This document shows, in pieces, positions 18,601-26,158 of a stretch of 64,000 nt of DNA. How positions within the stretch are numbered: position 1 is the stretch's first letter; every line of letters begins with the position of its first letter. This DNA comes from Candidatus Omnitrophota bacterium (lineage in GTDB: Bacteria > Omnitrophota > Gorgyraeia > Zapsychrales > Fredricksoniimonadaceae). The stretch spans positions 17,869 through 81,868 of the forward strand of contig JBGAJA010000005.1 in NCBI GenBank assembly GCA_044225175.1. The letters run 5' to 3'. The position numbers and the translations under genes were made by a program. The notes beneath the pieces are model-generated. The model worked only from the letters and a program-made list of their open reading frames with translations, made no database searches and was not told the DNA's origin.

Positions 18601-21100
18601 TATTATTGATTATGGTTTGGCAATGATTGATGAGGATAGAGATTTTGGTTATGAGAATCTAAAATCTTTTGGATTAGATAGATGGGAAGGTAGATCTGAT
18701 TATGGGGGTGGAGGTCCTGATTGGTTTAAGCGGGACGTAAGAACTGTGTTGACAATTTTGGATGCCATGACGCCAAATTCTAAATTTGGAAATTTTTTTA
18801 TAAGCCAGTTTAATATTGAAACAGTGCTTAAGGATTTTGACAATAATCCCTTATCTATATCAGATGTATTGTCGAAAGTTCAGGATATAGAACGTCAATG
18901 GTATGAGCATTCCAATGCGGCCATGACTGCTAAATTGCCCGTTGGAGTCGTGCAGTATTGGAGAGACTTGCCAAAACCTTGGGAATCGACTCTTGAGCGT
19001 TATCCTAGTCATCATCAAACGTTAATGGACAGAATGGATGCAATCACTAAAAGGGTTCGTAAATTTGCACAAGGAAAGGCAATTACTCTGACTGAGATTT
19101 GTTGTGGAACAGGTAAGTTGTTTGCTTCTTTAGTTCAATTGCCCGGTGTCACAAAGGCTGTTGCTATTGATATTAATGCCAAGGCTTTAGATAGTTTGAA
19201 AGATCGATTGCATGGAATTGAATCAAAAACTTCCGATATTAGCGTTTTTGAAGGTGACATCAATGGTCCGCTGGCCAAAGACATTGTGCCAAACTCCGAT
19301 GTCATTGTGATTAACGATGCATTAATGCATATGCCTGATTTAGAAAAGGTGTTGGACTTGGTTGCTGAGCGTTTGTCGGAAGGTGGTTTATTCATGGGAA
19401 GTGGTATTTCGCGTGAAGGCTTATTTAAAGAAACTCCCATTTTGGGACCTCTTTGGTATGTAGGATATCGTTTTATTCTTCCTCAATTCGAAAGGGTTGG
19501 TTTAGGAGCGCTTGCTAACAGGGTCGTGCAGTGGGAATCGCTTCGTATCCGCCTTACAGCTCAAAGTCAAAGAGAGATTAAGGAGATGCTAGGAAAAAGA
19601 TTTGATATTGAAGAGATCACTGTAAAAGGACGTCACTATCAATTTACCGTCAGAAAAAAAGATGGAAAAATAGAAGATAGCGCTCAAATATCTGAGGAAT
19701 CTGTGAAGACCCCGGAAAATATGGTAAAGGTTCCTGTCACCCAAGAGGAGTTGGTTGGTTTTATCGGGGATATTCGAACTAAGATGCAAGCTATTTACGC
19801 GCGTAGTAATGATCCAACGAACAGTTCGTATTGGCATGTTTTTGATGAGATCGTAAATACATATAAAGAAGAAGTTAATGCGTCAGACAATCAATTGAAA
19901 ATGTTTGCTGATTTATATACTGAAACGAGTTTAATAGGGCCGCTCATTCCTCGTCCCAAAGAAGCCAAACATGTGCTTTTAGCTATGGCCATGTTTTTAA
20001 TGCTTGCCAATCATAGGAAGGAAAATGTATATACGAGCGAAGTATTCAATGAATTAAGAAATCTTATTGATGACTATAACAAACAATCCTTTGTAACTTT
20101 TCCTTTCAGTTTGTCCTCGCTATTTGTAATCGCACTAACGCCATACTTCCATGATCCAGACTTATTTGTTGAGTTATGGAATAAATTAGACCAACTTCCA
20201 GATGATATTAGTCCACAAGCAAAATTTTTATCTATGTTTTCGGTCTCTGCTCATTTAGGAGTAGTTCGTGTTGATGGAGACGATGATTTTAAGATAATTT
20301 ATCAAAAGATCGAGGGAATTTTGGCTGACAAATCACATCCCGATCAAATTCCAGACTCTTTAAAGAGAGTTCTATTAAACTCTATTGCTAAAGTTTTGCC
20401 TTCCATTTATCACCCTAATCATAAGGACGTTTATTCAGGCTTTCATCGTATGATTGGATGGTCATCTGGTTTTCGAGAGAAATTTTTAAATTTACTTACA
20501 AAGCATAAAGATTTGATCTGTGATATTTATTATGAATATTTTTCAAATTCTGATACTACGGATGATCCTATTCTGGCAGGGCTCGGCTTTAGTTTTTATT
20601 TAAAAGCAGAAAAAGAGTTATTGAGTAAAGTTTTGCGAGACAAAATACTTCAAATTACTGGATCACAACAATTACCACCGCTTAACGTATTAATTTCTGA
20701 TAGCCGTTTCCATGAAATATTAAAGGAAAGTCCTTTATACTCCAGATTAAAAGCTAATTTTTTTATTAAATATCTGCGACAATTTGTCGAGCTGAAAGAA
20801 GATAGTCCAACAGCTGTCGGTATTGAAGATCAACAATCAGTAAGCCCACAGCCTGGTTCCAGCCCAGCCATGGCGGTACGGACGGAAGCAAAGCAAGGGG
20901 GGGTTGATTTTACGGCAAATAAAACTCCTTTAGAGGTTCAAAATGTAGGAGGCGACATTCAATTTCATATTGATCTTGCCATGATGAAACAATTGCAAGC
21001 TGCTCCGGGGTTTTATCCTGTCATTATGAATATAACCCCGCTAAAAGATTTAAAGGTATTTTTAGACGTAGAGACGACCGGCCGGTCGTCTCTACAATAA
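12650..21100 (+). CDS. Giant secreted modular protein 1: conserved N-domain + phosphatase, repeats, wHTH x2, CheR-like, kinase-like, methyltransferase + conserved C-domain
   Basis: Uninterrupted ORF of ~2816 aa from ATG 12650; signal peptide ..PASA-Q; N- and C-termini homologous to the ORFs at 26159 and 42992. Confidence 0.88.
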   Translation: MKFPFKKPLILWILFAFVVNTFGPLPASAQEITLPKPGEMVHLSTAVNPPILKGLKVHPDNPFRFDFILDQGEQPDAISTKLKEDSTRLIKYFLASLTIPEVDLWVNLSPYEKDRIIPNSFGLTEMGRDLLAQDYMLKQITASLIYPEAEVGKRFWKRIYEEAAKRYGNTNIPVNTFNKVWIVPEKAVVYENAKAETAYVVESRLKVMLEEDYLSKAKNDLQSKANSPSLNASNLGSQIIREIVLPELIKEVNEGANFAQLRQVYSSLILATWYKKKIKDSILSQVYSDKNKVSGIDINDPAQKDKIYQQYIQAFKKGVYNYIKEEIDPATQQAIPRKYFSGGAKFGNLAMTTTNQFPQVIPAGLVAIQAEIKSSNPEGKTNAAMIAPLTAGEKFVSELDDKIILDGQGRIRYAAGHPTPIVKPLFTFLAERHGETFANLDERAQGVADENHLNESTPHGLDQGRDSAKGLFQRADIQEMIRKRIPIVVLTSGKKRTTQAAEPFIRRVEEAGGIIEYAPEELMKGASEINFGAVENKKLSHFSPEEIEILNQYRKQLSATAKFKGGESFLELLIKIKKWLEELNRLYAGRTVVLFGHGTQLKAVQTLLGDPLIVDPSGYINRNAYVIPNGKIIELHSPAMAAPAIKSTFDGSALKYSSDSIIQNAPEFERVDMFLDWYKANREKLPAKDGYREFLSASYTANVLMHAGKITIERLEEFQREAGAYEYGQESAVIQNAPEFDDVEKFLKWYDDKHEQLRSKDHPEEFLSRSYTFQVLRRWGKIKQKKFQSILRHIISYEYAQESIVIKHAPKFEDVEAYLKWYRTNREQLPFKDDPKKFLTAGSVVMALMHAGKIDKENFQDFQRHVGAYEYAQESEIILSAPEFNDVGYFLKWFRTNGEKLRSKENPEIFISASYAALCLMYARKIKREKLEHFQRQAGAYEYAQESAIIQSAPEFNEISEFIKWYRANRVLLRSKEHPEESLSGSYTAQVLMHAGKIPSERLTKFQLHVGAYQRAIDEEKIITAEMQRIWKESIHKELSGLPRIKAAFNPQLLLNKRISKGPSKPLGAEYRNLILTYAYEYYGEKEEASINPAMASNLGNVSVAERASYLVYRYLLLALYQLRGSGEYLDRRAIMDHLMKNSDYKREVFNPNSGWVDINFRKTGILGVGLIIKMPDEKKFKLTEAGIAFMERSYRLTGDAFILALKDQQKQYAQGSIDSKSGEDPVELVRYPKDFNILNKVKLKIAIADSVVQKTVDSKLQYVVNLEEVIEKYSEGLSPRYLIQAQQLSKLIEKQLVAFGFTKARDMGLDKSNLYSRDRSYNLDLIANPNIIRTQDEINFEPYRNFLLALHRLNSEEIKDSYSPQEVWKKIQVLSREMELQVVFSSVTAKQLKSAYESMAQRGVLLIERTEKGYRLSSEGLKFMQENGNLIKESLLKALKRHLYDIEQYELRREWLRLPQAGGTLNNAPTGDQVYKPKLLSEVEFRSIEEIFEASSHPEVGQWLTSQDIVAFEGHQIGKDRILKALKSPFRTSLESMGLANTVFYPVKVNQPMLIQKDFEQLISKRKDEGNFNILIYQIGLGEEGFLETRDIFNALKNAFHQAGISQEDQQKWKVTFIGVDVIKTIVDDFIQKFSVKTDFQSNILTIRADALVEDQMRWLGEKFKSDYLFFRNVAYGNYRASRGHLKSYINVVETLAIYLGTKNILKHLSVPETRFVIEPAQEFENTQNYVFHAPGTRIVTLKHYDPTKEFLDLNNVINTGTGIYKVLDPGAMDREGLQYFLDHVTEFEKPVADQAQKAPSLSSYSTLKLNDRSNLSMTLIGSNPGSRADYIKVGNRKDYKYGFTREELLQREAALMQVLSTDQRYNQIRKYLPVFKGLGRLDISDVRNVIPRLPRRSSIPDVPPRFFQEEDFLGSYMVTEDAGDPIYAIANEVREGKLTEDDLLKTMSLLVQSIYDFHHAGIAFGDLTPDEIFIAPSTEKVTIIDYGLAMIDEDRDFGYENLKSFGLDRWEGRSDYGGGGPDWFKRDVRTVLTILDAMTPNSKFGNFFISQFNIETVLKDFDNNPLSISDVLSKVQDIERQWYEHSNAAMTAKLPVGVVQYWRDLPKPWESTLERYPSHHQTLMDRMDAITKRVRKFAQGKAITLTEICCGTGKLFASLVQLPGVTKAVAIDINAKALDSLKDRLHGIESKTSDISVFEGDINGPLAKDIVPNSDVIVINDALMHMPDLEKVLDLVAERLSEGGLFMGSGISREGLFKETPILGPLWYVGYRFILPQFERVGLGALANRVVQWESLRIRLTAQSQREIKEMLGKRFDIEEITVKGRHYQFTVRKKDGKIEDSAQISEESVKTPENMVKVPVTQEELVGFIGDIRTKMQAIYARSNDPTNSSYWHVFDEIVNTYKEEVNASDNQLKMFADLYTETSLIGPLIPRPKEAKHVLLAMAMFLMLANHRKENVYTSEVFNELRNLIDDYNKQSFVTFPFSLSSLFVIALTPYFHDPDLFVELWNKLDQLPDDISPQAKFLSMFSVSAHLGVVRVDGDDDFKIIYQKIEGILADKSHPDQIPDSLKRVLLNSIAKVLPSIYHPNHKDVYSGFHRMIGWSSGFREKFLNLLTKHKDLICDIYYEYFSNSDTTDDPILAGLGFSFYLKAEKELLSKVLRDKILQITGSQQLPPLNVLISDSRFHEILKESPLYSRLKANFFIKYLRQFVELKEDSPTAVGIEDQQSVSPQPGSSPAMAVRTEAKQGGVDFTANKTPLEVQNVGGDIQFHIDLAMMKQLQAAPGFYPVIMNITPLKDLKVFLDVETTGRSSLQ
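14618..15694 (+). repeat. Five tandem ~72-aa (216-nt) protein repeats inside giant protein 1
   Basis: Units start at 14618, 14831, 15047, 15263 and 15479; consensus QESxxIxxAPEF..F.KWY..N...L..K..P..FLS.SY...LMHAGKI.....FQR..GAYEY. Confidence 0.92.
21068..21095. repeat. 28-bp perfect GTAG palindrome, copy 1 (in-frame at the 3' end of giant gene 1)
   Basis: GTAGAGACGACCGGCCGGTCGTCTCTAC, identical to 25092-25119. Confidence 0.9.
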
Positions 21101-21144
21101 TTGATAATTGCATTTTATTCATTTTGTGATATCGTTTTAATCCT

Positions 21145-22254
21145 ATGAACCAAAATTTCTACGAAAACCTAGCTCACCAAAGTCTAAGCGGTCAAGAATT
21201 AGATGATGCTACATGTGAGCGAATCCTTAGTGACAATCAAATCGAATTACTTCCTTTAGTGAATGCCGCTTTTACTGTTCGCAAACATTATTGGCAGAAA
21301 CAAGTCATTATTCATATCATTAACAATGCTCAAAATGGGCATTGTCCTGAAGATTGTAAGTATTGTGCTCAAGCTAAAACGTCTAAGGCTGACATTGAAG
21401 AATATGGCCTTAAGTCTGATGAAGAAATGCTTCAGGAAGCACGTCAGGCATATGCTAAGGGGGCTTATCGTTATTGCATGGTGTATGCAGGACGAGGCGC
21501 TTCCGAGAAACGCATTGATCGATTGACTAATCTCATACGTCAGATCAAGTCTGAATTTCCTAACAATGAAATATGTGTATCCACAGGTTTGGTAAATGCT
21601 CCTGGTGCAGTTGAATTAAAGAAAGCTGGCCTTGATCGTTTGAACCATAATCTCAACTCATCCGAAAGTCATTATCCTAATATTTGCACAACACACACCT
21701 ATGCTGATCGATTAAGCACGTTATTAGCTGCACGGGCTGCCGGGATTAAGCTATGTTCTGGAATGATTGCAGGAATGGGGGAGCAAAATAAAGATATTAT
21801 TGAAGTTGCTAAACGATTACGCTCATTAAAATCTGAGTCAATTCCTGTCAATTTTCTAATTCCTATTGAAGGAACTGAAATGGCTCCTTCTGAAGCGCTG
21901 AATCCGGAATTTTGTCTAAGAATTCTATGTTTGTTTAGATTTTTAAATCCAGAAGCTGAACTTAGGGTAGGGGCTGGACGGGAAATGCATTTAAGAGGCT
22001 TAGAGGTTTTATCGTTATATCCTGCAAATTCTTTATTTCTACAGGGTTACTTAAATGCCAAAGGAAATTCAAACGGCAAAACTTTACGCATGATTAAAGA
22101 TGCGGGTTTTGATATAAAATCTGAAGAGAATTTAGCTGAATTGGTGGCTCATGAAAATGATGAAGTTTCAAAGGTTTCCGTGGATCCAGTTCAAGTTATG
22201 ATGAAAGATATTAAAGATTTACGTCCTGCCTTGCGGCAGGCAGGCCCGCTCTAA
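21145..22254 (+). CDS. bioB: Biotin synthase (radical SAM)
   Basis: CPEDCKYCAQ, NHNLNS, CSGMIAGMGE, IPVNFL and ANSLF..GYL motifs. Confidence 0.95.
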   Translation: MNQNFYENLAHQSLSGQELDDATCERILSDNQIELLPLVNAAFTVRKHYWQKQVIIHIINNAQNGHCPEDCKYCAQAKTSKADIEEYGLKSDEEMLQEARQAYAKGAYRYCMVYAGRGASEKRIDRLTNLIRQIKSEFPNNEICVSTGLVNAPGAVELKKAGLDRLNHNLNSSESHYPNICTTHTYADRLSTLLAARAAGIKLCSGMIAGMGEQNKDIIEVAKRLRSLKSESIPVNFLIPIEGTEMAPSEALNPEFCLRILCLFRFLNPEAELRVGAGREMHLRGLEVLSLYPANSLFLQGYLNAKGNSNGKTLRMIKDAGFDIKSEENLAELVAHENDEVSKVSVDPVQVMMKDIKDLRPALRQAGPL

Positions 22255-22269
22255 AATCCTAAATTTCCA

Positions 22270-22298
22270 TTGTCAAAACCCCTTGGTAAGTCTATAGT
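22270..22298 (+). promoter_or_regulatory. Sigma70-type promoter upstream of korA
   Basis: TTGTCA-17 nt-TATAGT in the intergenic region, 55 nt before the ATG. Confidence 0.6.
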
Positions 22299-22353
22299 TA
22301 AATTCATCCGCTATTTTAACCATTTATAGTTCTAATTAAAAGAAGGACCGTAT

Positions 22354-24165
22354 ATGTCAGTAGAAAAAAGACCAGTAACAAGATTTGAGTTGTTGATGGA
22401 TGCCGGTTTTGGGGCACAAAAAGCCGGAGATATTCTCCTCAGTGCTTTTGTGGCTATGGGTAAGTATGTTTACGTAGAGCCCATGATTCCCGCTGAAATC
22501 TCGCCGCCAGCCAGAAGTAAAGCTGCTCTTTCTGGTATCATTATTCGTTTAGCTGATTTTGATGTTACTAACATTGGTAACGATACTGATTTAATTATTG
22601 CCTCCCACGAAGTTGTCCTCGATCGTCGTCTCGAAGATCGTGAATTCAATGCCAAATGCGTCATTTTATTAGATATGGGTGACCAAGAATCTAACCCGGA
22701 TTCTTATGAAATGGTCCTTAAAAAATGTACCCAAGAAGGTTTAAGTGTTATTCCTTTTCATACCGATGATGTTTCCAAGGAAGTGATTAAACAATTAGGC
22801 GGTAAAGGTCAAAACCTTTATTACCTTGGTATGCTTGCGTACATCTATGATATGGATGAAGAAATCGTCAAAGAAGAGATCCGTAAGACATTTGGAAAGA
22901 AATTAAAGCCTGAAATCATGGAAAAGAACTTAACTCTTTGCCATCAGGGGTATGAATTAGCTAAACAAAAAGTATTTTTTAGAATTAGTGTTGCCAGTGG
23001 TAAGCGTGAGGGAGAGAAGATCTTAATTGATGGTAACTCGGCTTTGAGTATGGGGGTTATTGATGCTGGATTTAAATTATTCTCTGGTTATCCCATTACA
23101 CCAGCCTCTTCTATTATGCATACATTAGCTAAAGAACTTCCTTCCTATGGTGGTATGGTTCATCAAGCTGAAGATGAAATTGCCGCCATTGGAACAGCGA
23201 TTGGTTCCTATTTCGGTGGAGTTCCTTCATTAACCTGTACTTCTGGTCCGGGACTTTCTTTGAAGCAAGAGTTTATCGGATATGCACAATCTGCAGAGAT
23301 TCCATTAGTTGTGATCGACGTCCAACGTTCAGGTCCTTCAACTGGTATGCCCACTAAAACAGAGCAATCGGATTTGCCATCTGTCATTTTTGGAAGCCAT
23401 GGGGATTACACAAAGATTGTCATTGGTGTCAGTAGTGTTATTGATTGCTTCTATGCTCCTCATATGGCTCGTTATTTGACAGAAAAGTTGCATGTGCCTG
23501 TCTTTATTATGAGCGATTTCCAAACAGCAAATAGTTATAAGGTTATTAATAAATTTAAAGTGATTCAAATGAATAAGGTCGATGAAATTCCAGATTTTAT
23601 TCTAGAACGTTTCCGCATGAAACGTTTGCCTGAAAAGATTGAAATGGTTAGAACTTTGCAGTCTATTCCAGGCGAAGAGGGTGGCATGCGACGGGTGACT
23701 GGATTAAATACGGATAAACAAGGTAAGGTCAGTTATTCGGCAACTTCCAATCAGCTTGCTCATCAAATCCGTAATGAAAAAGTCCATCACGTACAACGTG
23801 CTTTGACAAAACCCGAAATGTTTGGTGAAGAATCTGGTGATGTGTTGATCGTTGGATGGGGAAGTACACGTGGAGCGATTGAAGAAGCAGTATTTTTGTG
23901 TAAAAAAGAAGGGATGAAGGTTTCTGGAATGAATCTCCGTGTTGTTCATCCGCTGCCTTTAGTCTTAAATGAAGTTTTTGCTAATTTTAAAAAAGTTATG
24001 ACCGTTGAAGTGGCTTACGGTGATGAACTAAAACCATCCCCGTTAGCATTATTACTACGCGCTCAAACATTGGTTGATATTAAACCGCTTCTGTCGCAAG
24101 CAACAGGACGACCAGTTCGTCCTAGAATCATTATGAATACGCTCAAGGAGGTACTGTCCAAATGA
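22354..24165 (+). CDS. korA: 2-oxoacid:ferredoxin oxidoreductase subunit alpha (fused gamma domain)
   Basis: GYPITPAS, QAEDEIAA, TSGPGLSLK and DVQRSGPSTGMPTKTEQSD motifs. Confidence 0.92.
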   Translation: MSVEKRPVTRFELLMDAGFGAQKAGDILLSAFVAMGKYVYVEPMIPAEISPPARSKAALSGIIIRLADFDVTNIGNDTDLIIASHEVVLDRRLEDREFNAKCVILLDMGDQESNPDSYEMVLKKCTQEGLSVIPFHTDDVSKEVIKQLGGKGQNLYYLGMLAYIYDMDEEIVKEEIRKTFGKKLKPEIMEKNLTLCHQGYELAKQKVFFRISVASGKREGEKILIDGNSALSMGVIDAGFKLFSGYPITPASSIMHTLAKELPSYGGMVHQAEDEIAAIGTAIGSYFGGVPSLTCTSGPGLSLKQEFIGYAQSAEIPLVVIDVQRSGPSTGMPTKTEQSDLPSVIFGSHGDYTKIVIGVSSVIDCFYAPHMARYLTEKLHVPVFIMSDFQTANSYKVINKFKVIQMNKVDEIPDFILERFRMKRLPEKIEMVRTLQSIPGEEGGMRRVTGLNTDKQGKVSYSATSNQLAHQIRNEKVHHVQRALTKPEMFGEESGDVLIVGWGSTRGAIEEAVFLCKKEGMKVSGMNLRVVHPLPLVLNEVFANFKKVMTVEVAYGDELKPSPLALLLRAQTLVDIKPLLSQATGRPVRPRIIMNTLKEVLSK

Positions 24166-25082
24166 GTACAGAAACTATAGATCCTCAAGCTAAAGCACCA
24201 ATTACAATTAAGGATTTGCAAACTGAGAATCCACGCTGGTGTGCTGGGTGTGGAGATTTCGGTATTATTATGGGCCTCAAACGTTTCATTGTGGAACGTC
24301 AATTGCTGCCTGCCATGACTATGAATGTGTCAGGGATTGGCTGTTCAGGCCGGGCGCCTAATTATTTTAACACCTATGGTGTGCATTCCATCCATGGTCG
24401 TGCTGTCACTGTGGCACTTGGGTTAGCTCTTGCTCGTCCAGACTTAAACTTATTTGTTCATTCAGGAGACGGAGATTCATTAAGTATTGGTGGAAACCAT
24501 TTGATGCATGGGATCAATAAGAATTTTAAATGTGTCTACATGATGTATGACAATGAGCTTTATGCTTTAACTAAGAATCAAACATCCCCAACGACACGTA
24601 AGGACCATGTGACCAATACGCAGCCTCAGGGAAGTTTCTTGAGTCCTATGAATCCTTTAAGTATTGCAATTGGTCTGGGAGCTTCTTTTGTGGCATCTAC
24701 AGCAGATTGGATCCCAGATCATTTGACGAACACTTTAAAAACAGCGTTTGATCATCCAGGATTTGCTTTTGTGCATATCTCTCAGAGATGTCCACATTTC
24801 GATCCAAGTAATTTTGATCATAAGACGTCTACTTGGTTTTCATTCTTGAAGCATCAAAATGGAATTGAACCTGATCGTCGTTTAGCTGATAAAACAGAAA
24901 TCGTTGATCATGATCCTTCTGATCTTGGTAAGGCTTTCCAATTTGCTGCTGCTGAACGCCGTTATTTTGGTTTGTTCTATCAAGATAAAACTAAACCACG
25001 TTATGATGCTATTTTGCAGAATACAATTAAGAATGCAACGCCTAAGGACAGATCAAAAATCTTAGATAAATTTAACGTTTAA
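24162..25082 (+). CDS. korB: 2-oxoacid:ferredoxin oxidoreductase subunit beta (TPP-binding)
   Basis: WCAGCGD, SGIGCS, HGRA, GDGDSLSIGGNH and DNELYALTK.Q.SPT motifs. Confidence 0.92.
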   Translation: MSTETIDPQAKAPITIKDLQTENPRWCAGCGDFGIIMGLKRFIVERQLLPAMTMNVSGIGCSGRAPNYFNTYGVHSIHGRAVTVALGLALARPDLNLFVHSGDGDSLSIGGNHLMHGINKNFKCVYMMYDNELYALTKNQTSPTTRKDHVTNTQPQGSFLSPMNPLSIAIGLGASFVASTADWIPDHLTNTLKTAFDHPGFAFVHISQRCPHFDPSNFDHKTSTWFSFLKHQNGIEPDRRLADKTEIVDHDPSDLGKAFQFAAAERRYFGLFYQDKTKPRYDAILQNTIKNATPKDRSKILDKFNV

Positions 25083-25091
25083 TTTTTTAAT

Positions 25092-25119
25092 GTAGAGACG
25101 ACCGGCCGGTCGTCTCTAC
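25092..25119. repeat. 28-bp perfect GTAG palindrome, copy 2 (intergenic)
   Basis: GTAGAGACGACCGGCCGGTCGTCTCTAC between korB and trxB. Confidence 0.9.
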
Positions 25120-25130
25120 AAATTTCCCCT

Positions 25131-26060
25131 ATGGAAAATGTCATTATTATTGGTTCCGGCCCAGCCGGCCACACAGCTGCGATTTATGCTGCTCGTGCCA
25201 ATCTAAAACCTTTGATGTTTGAAGGGCAGTTTGCCGGAGGAGTTGCAGCTGGTGGTCAATTAACCACAACGACCGAGGTTGAGAATTTCCCTGGATACTC
25301 GACGATCTCTGGACCTGAATTAATGGAAAAAATGCGTCAGCAGTCTATTCACTGTGGGACGCGCATTGTGACTGAGACGGTTGATAGGGTTGATTTATCC
25401 AAGAAACCATTTAAAGTTATTGCAGCTGGCATCACATATGAAGGTAAATCTTTGATTATTACAACCGGAGCAACAGCCAAGCGAATGGAACTTCCCGGTG
25501 AAGATCGTTTATGGCAAAAGGGAATATCTGCTTGTGCTGTCTGCGATGGCGCTTTGCCTTTTTTTCGTAATAAAGTTTTAGCTGTTGTTGGTGGAGGCGA
25601 CTCTGCTGTTGAAGAAGCAGGTTATTTGACGAAATATGCGTCTAAGGTTGTCATGTTGGTTCGCCGCGATGTGCTTCGTGCTTCTCAAGTCATGCAGCAT
25701 CGTGCCAAGCATAATCCTAAAATTGAAATTATGTATCACACAATTCCTATAGAAGTCTTAGGAGAGAAATCTGTGACAGGCTTAATGATCAAAAATGTTT
25801 CTACTCAAGTTGAATCCACGATAGATGTTGGTGGTCTATTTTATGCAATAGGTCATACTCCTAACACGGCCTTTTTAAATGGCCAGATAGAATTAGACGA
25901 TTCTGGTTATATCAAAACGAAACCAGGAACTACACAAACAAGTGTGGATGGTGTTTTTGCCGCAGGTGATGTTCAAGATAAAATTTATCGCCAGGCCATT
26001 ACTTCTGCTGGAACTGGCTGTATGGCTGCCTTAGATGCGGAACGCTTTTTGAGCCATTAA
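25131..26060 (+). CDS. trxB: Thioredoxin reductase
   Basis: IIGSGPAG, GGQLTTTTEVENFPG, CAVCDG, GGGDSA and FAAGDV motifs. Confidence 0.97.
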   Translation: MENVIIIGSGPAGHTAAIYAARANLKPLMFEGQFAGGVAAGGQLTTTTEVENFPGYSTISGPELMEKMRQQSIHCGTRIVTETVDRVDLSKKPFKVIAAGITYEGKSLIITTGATAKRMELPGEDRLWQKGISACAVCDGALPFFRNKVLAVVGGGDSAVEEAGYLTKYASKVVMLVRRDVLRASQVMQHRAKHNPKIEIMYHTIPIEVLGEKSVTGLMIKNVSTQVESTIDVGGLFYAIGHTPNTAFLNGQIELDDSGYIKTKPGTTQTSVDGVFAAGDVQDKIYRQAITSAGTGCMAALDAERFLSH

Positions 26061-26075
26061 TTCTAATTTTTCCAA

Positions 26076-26136
26076 ATAAAACGTTTTCTCAAATCCCCTT
26101 TTTAGGGCTTGTAAGTGACTTTATATATGGCATATT
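26076..26136 (+). promoter_or_regulatory. Putative operator plus promoter of giant gene 2
   Basis: AAAACGTTTTCTCAAA, then TTGTAA (26109) and TGG-CATATT; same layout as upstream of giant gene 3. Confidence 0.4.
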
Positions 26137-26158
26137 TATATAAAGGTAAGATACACCT

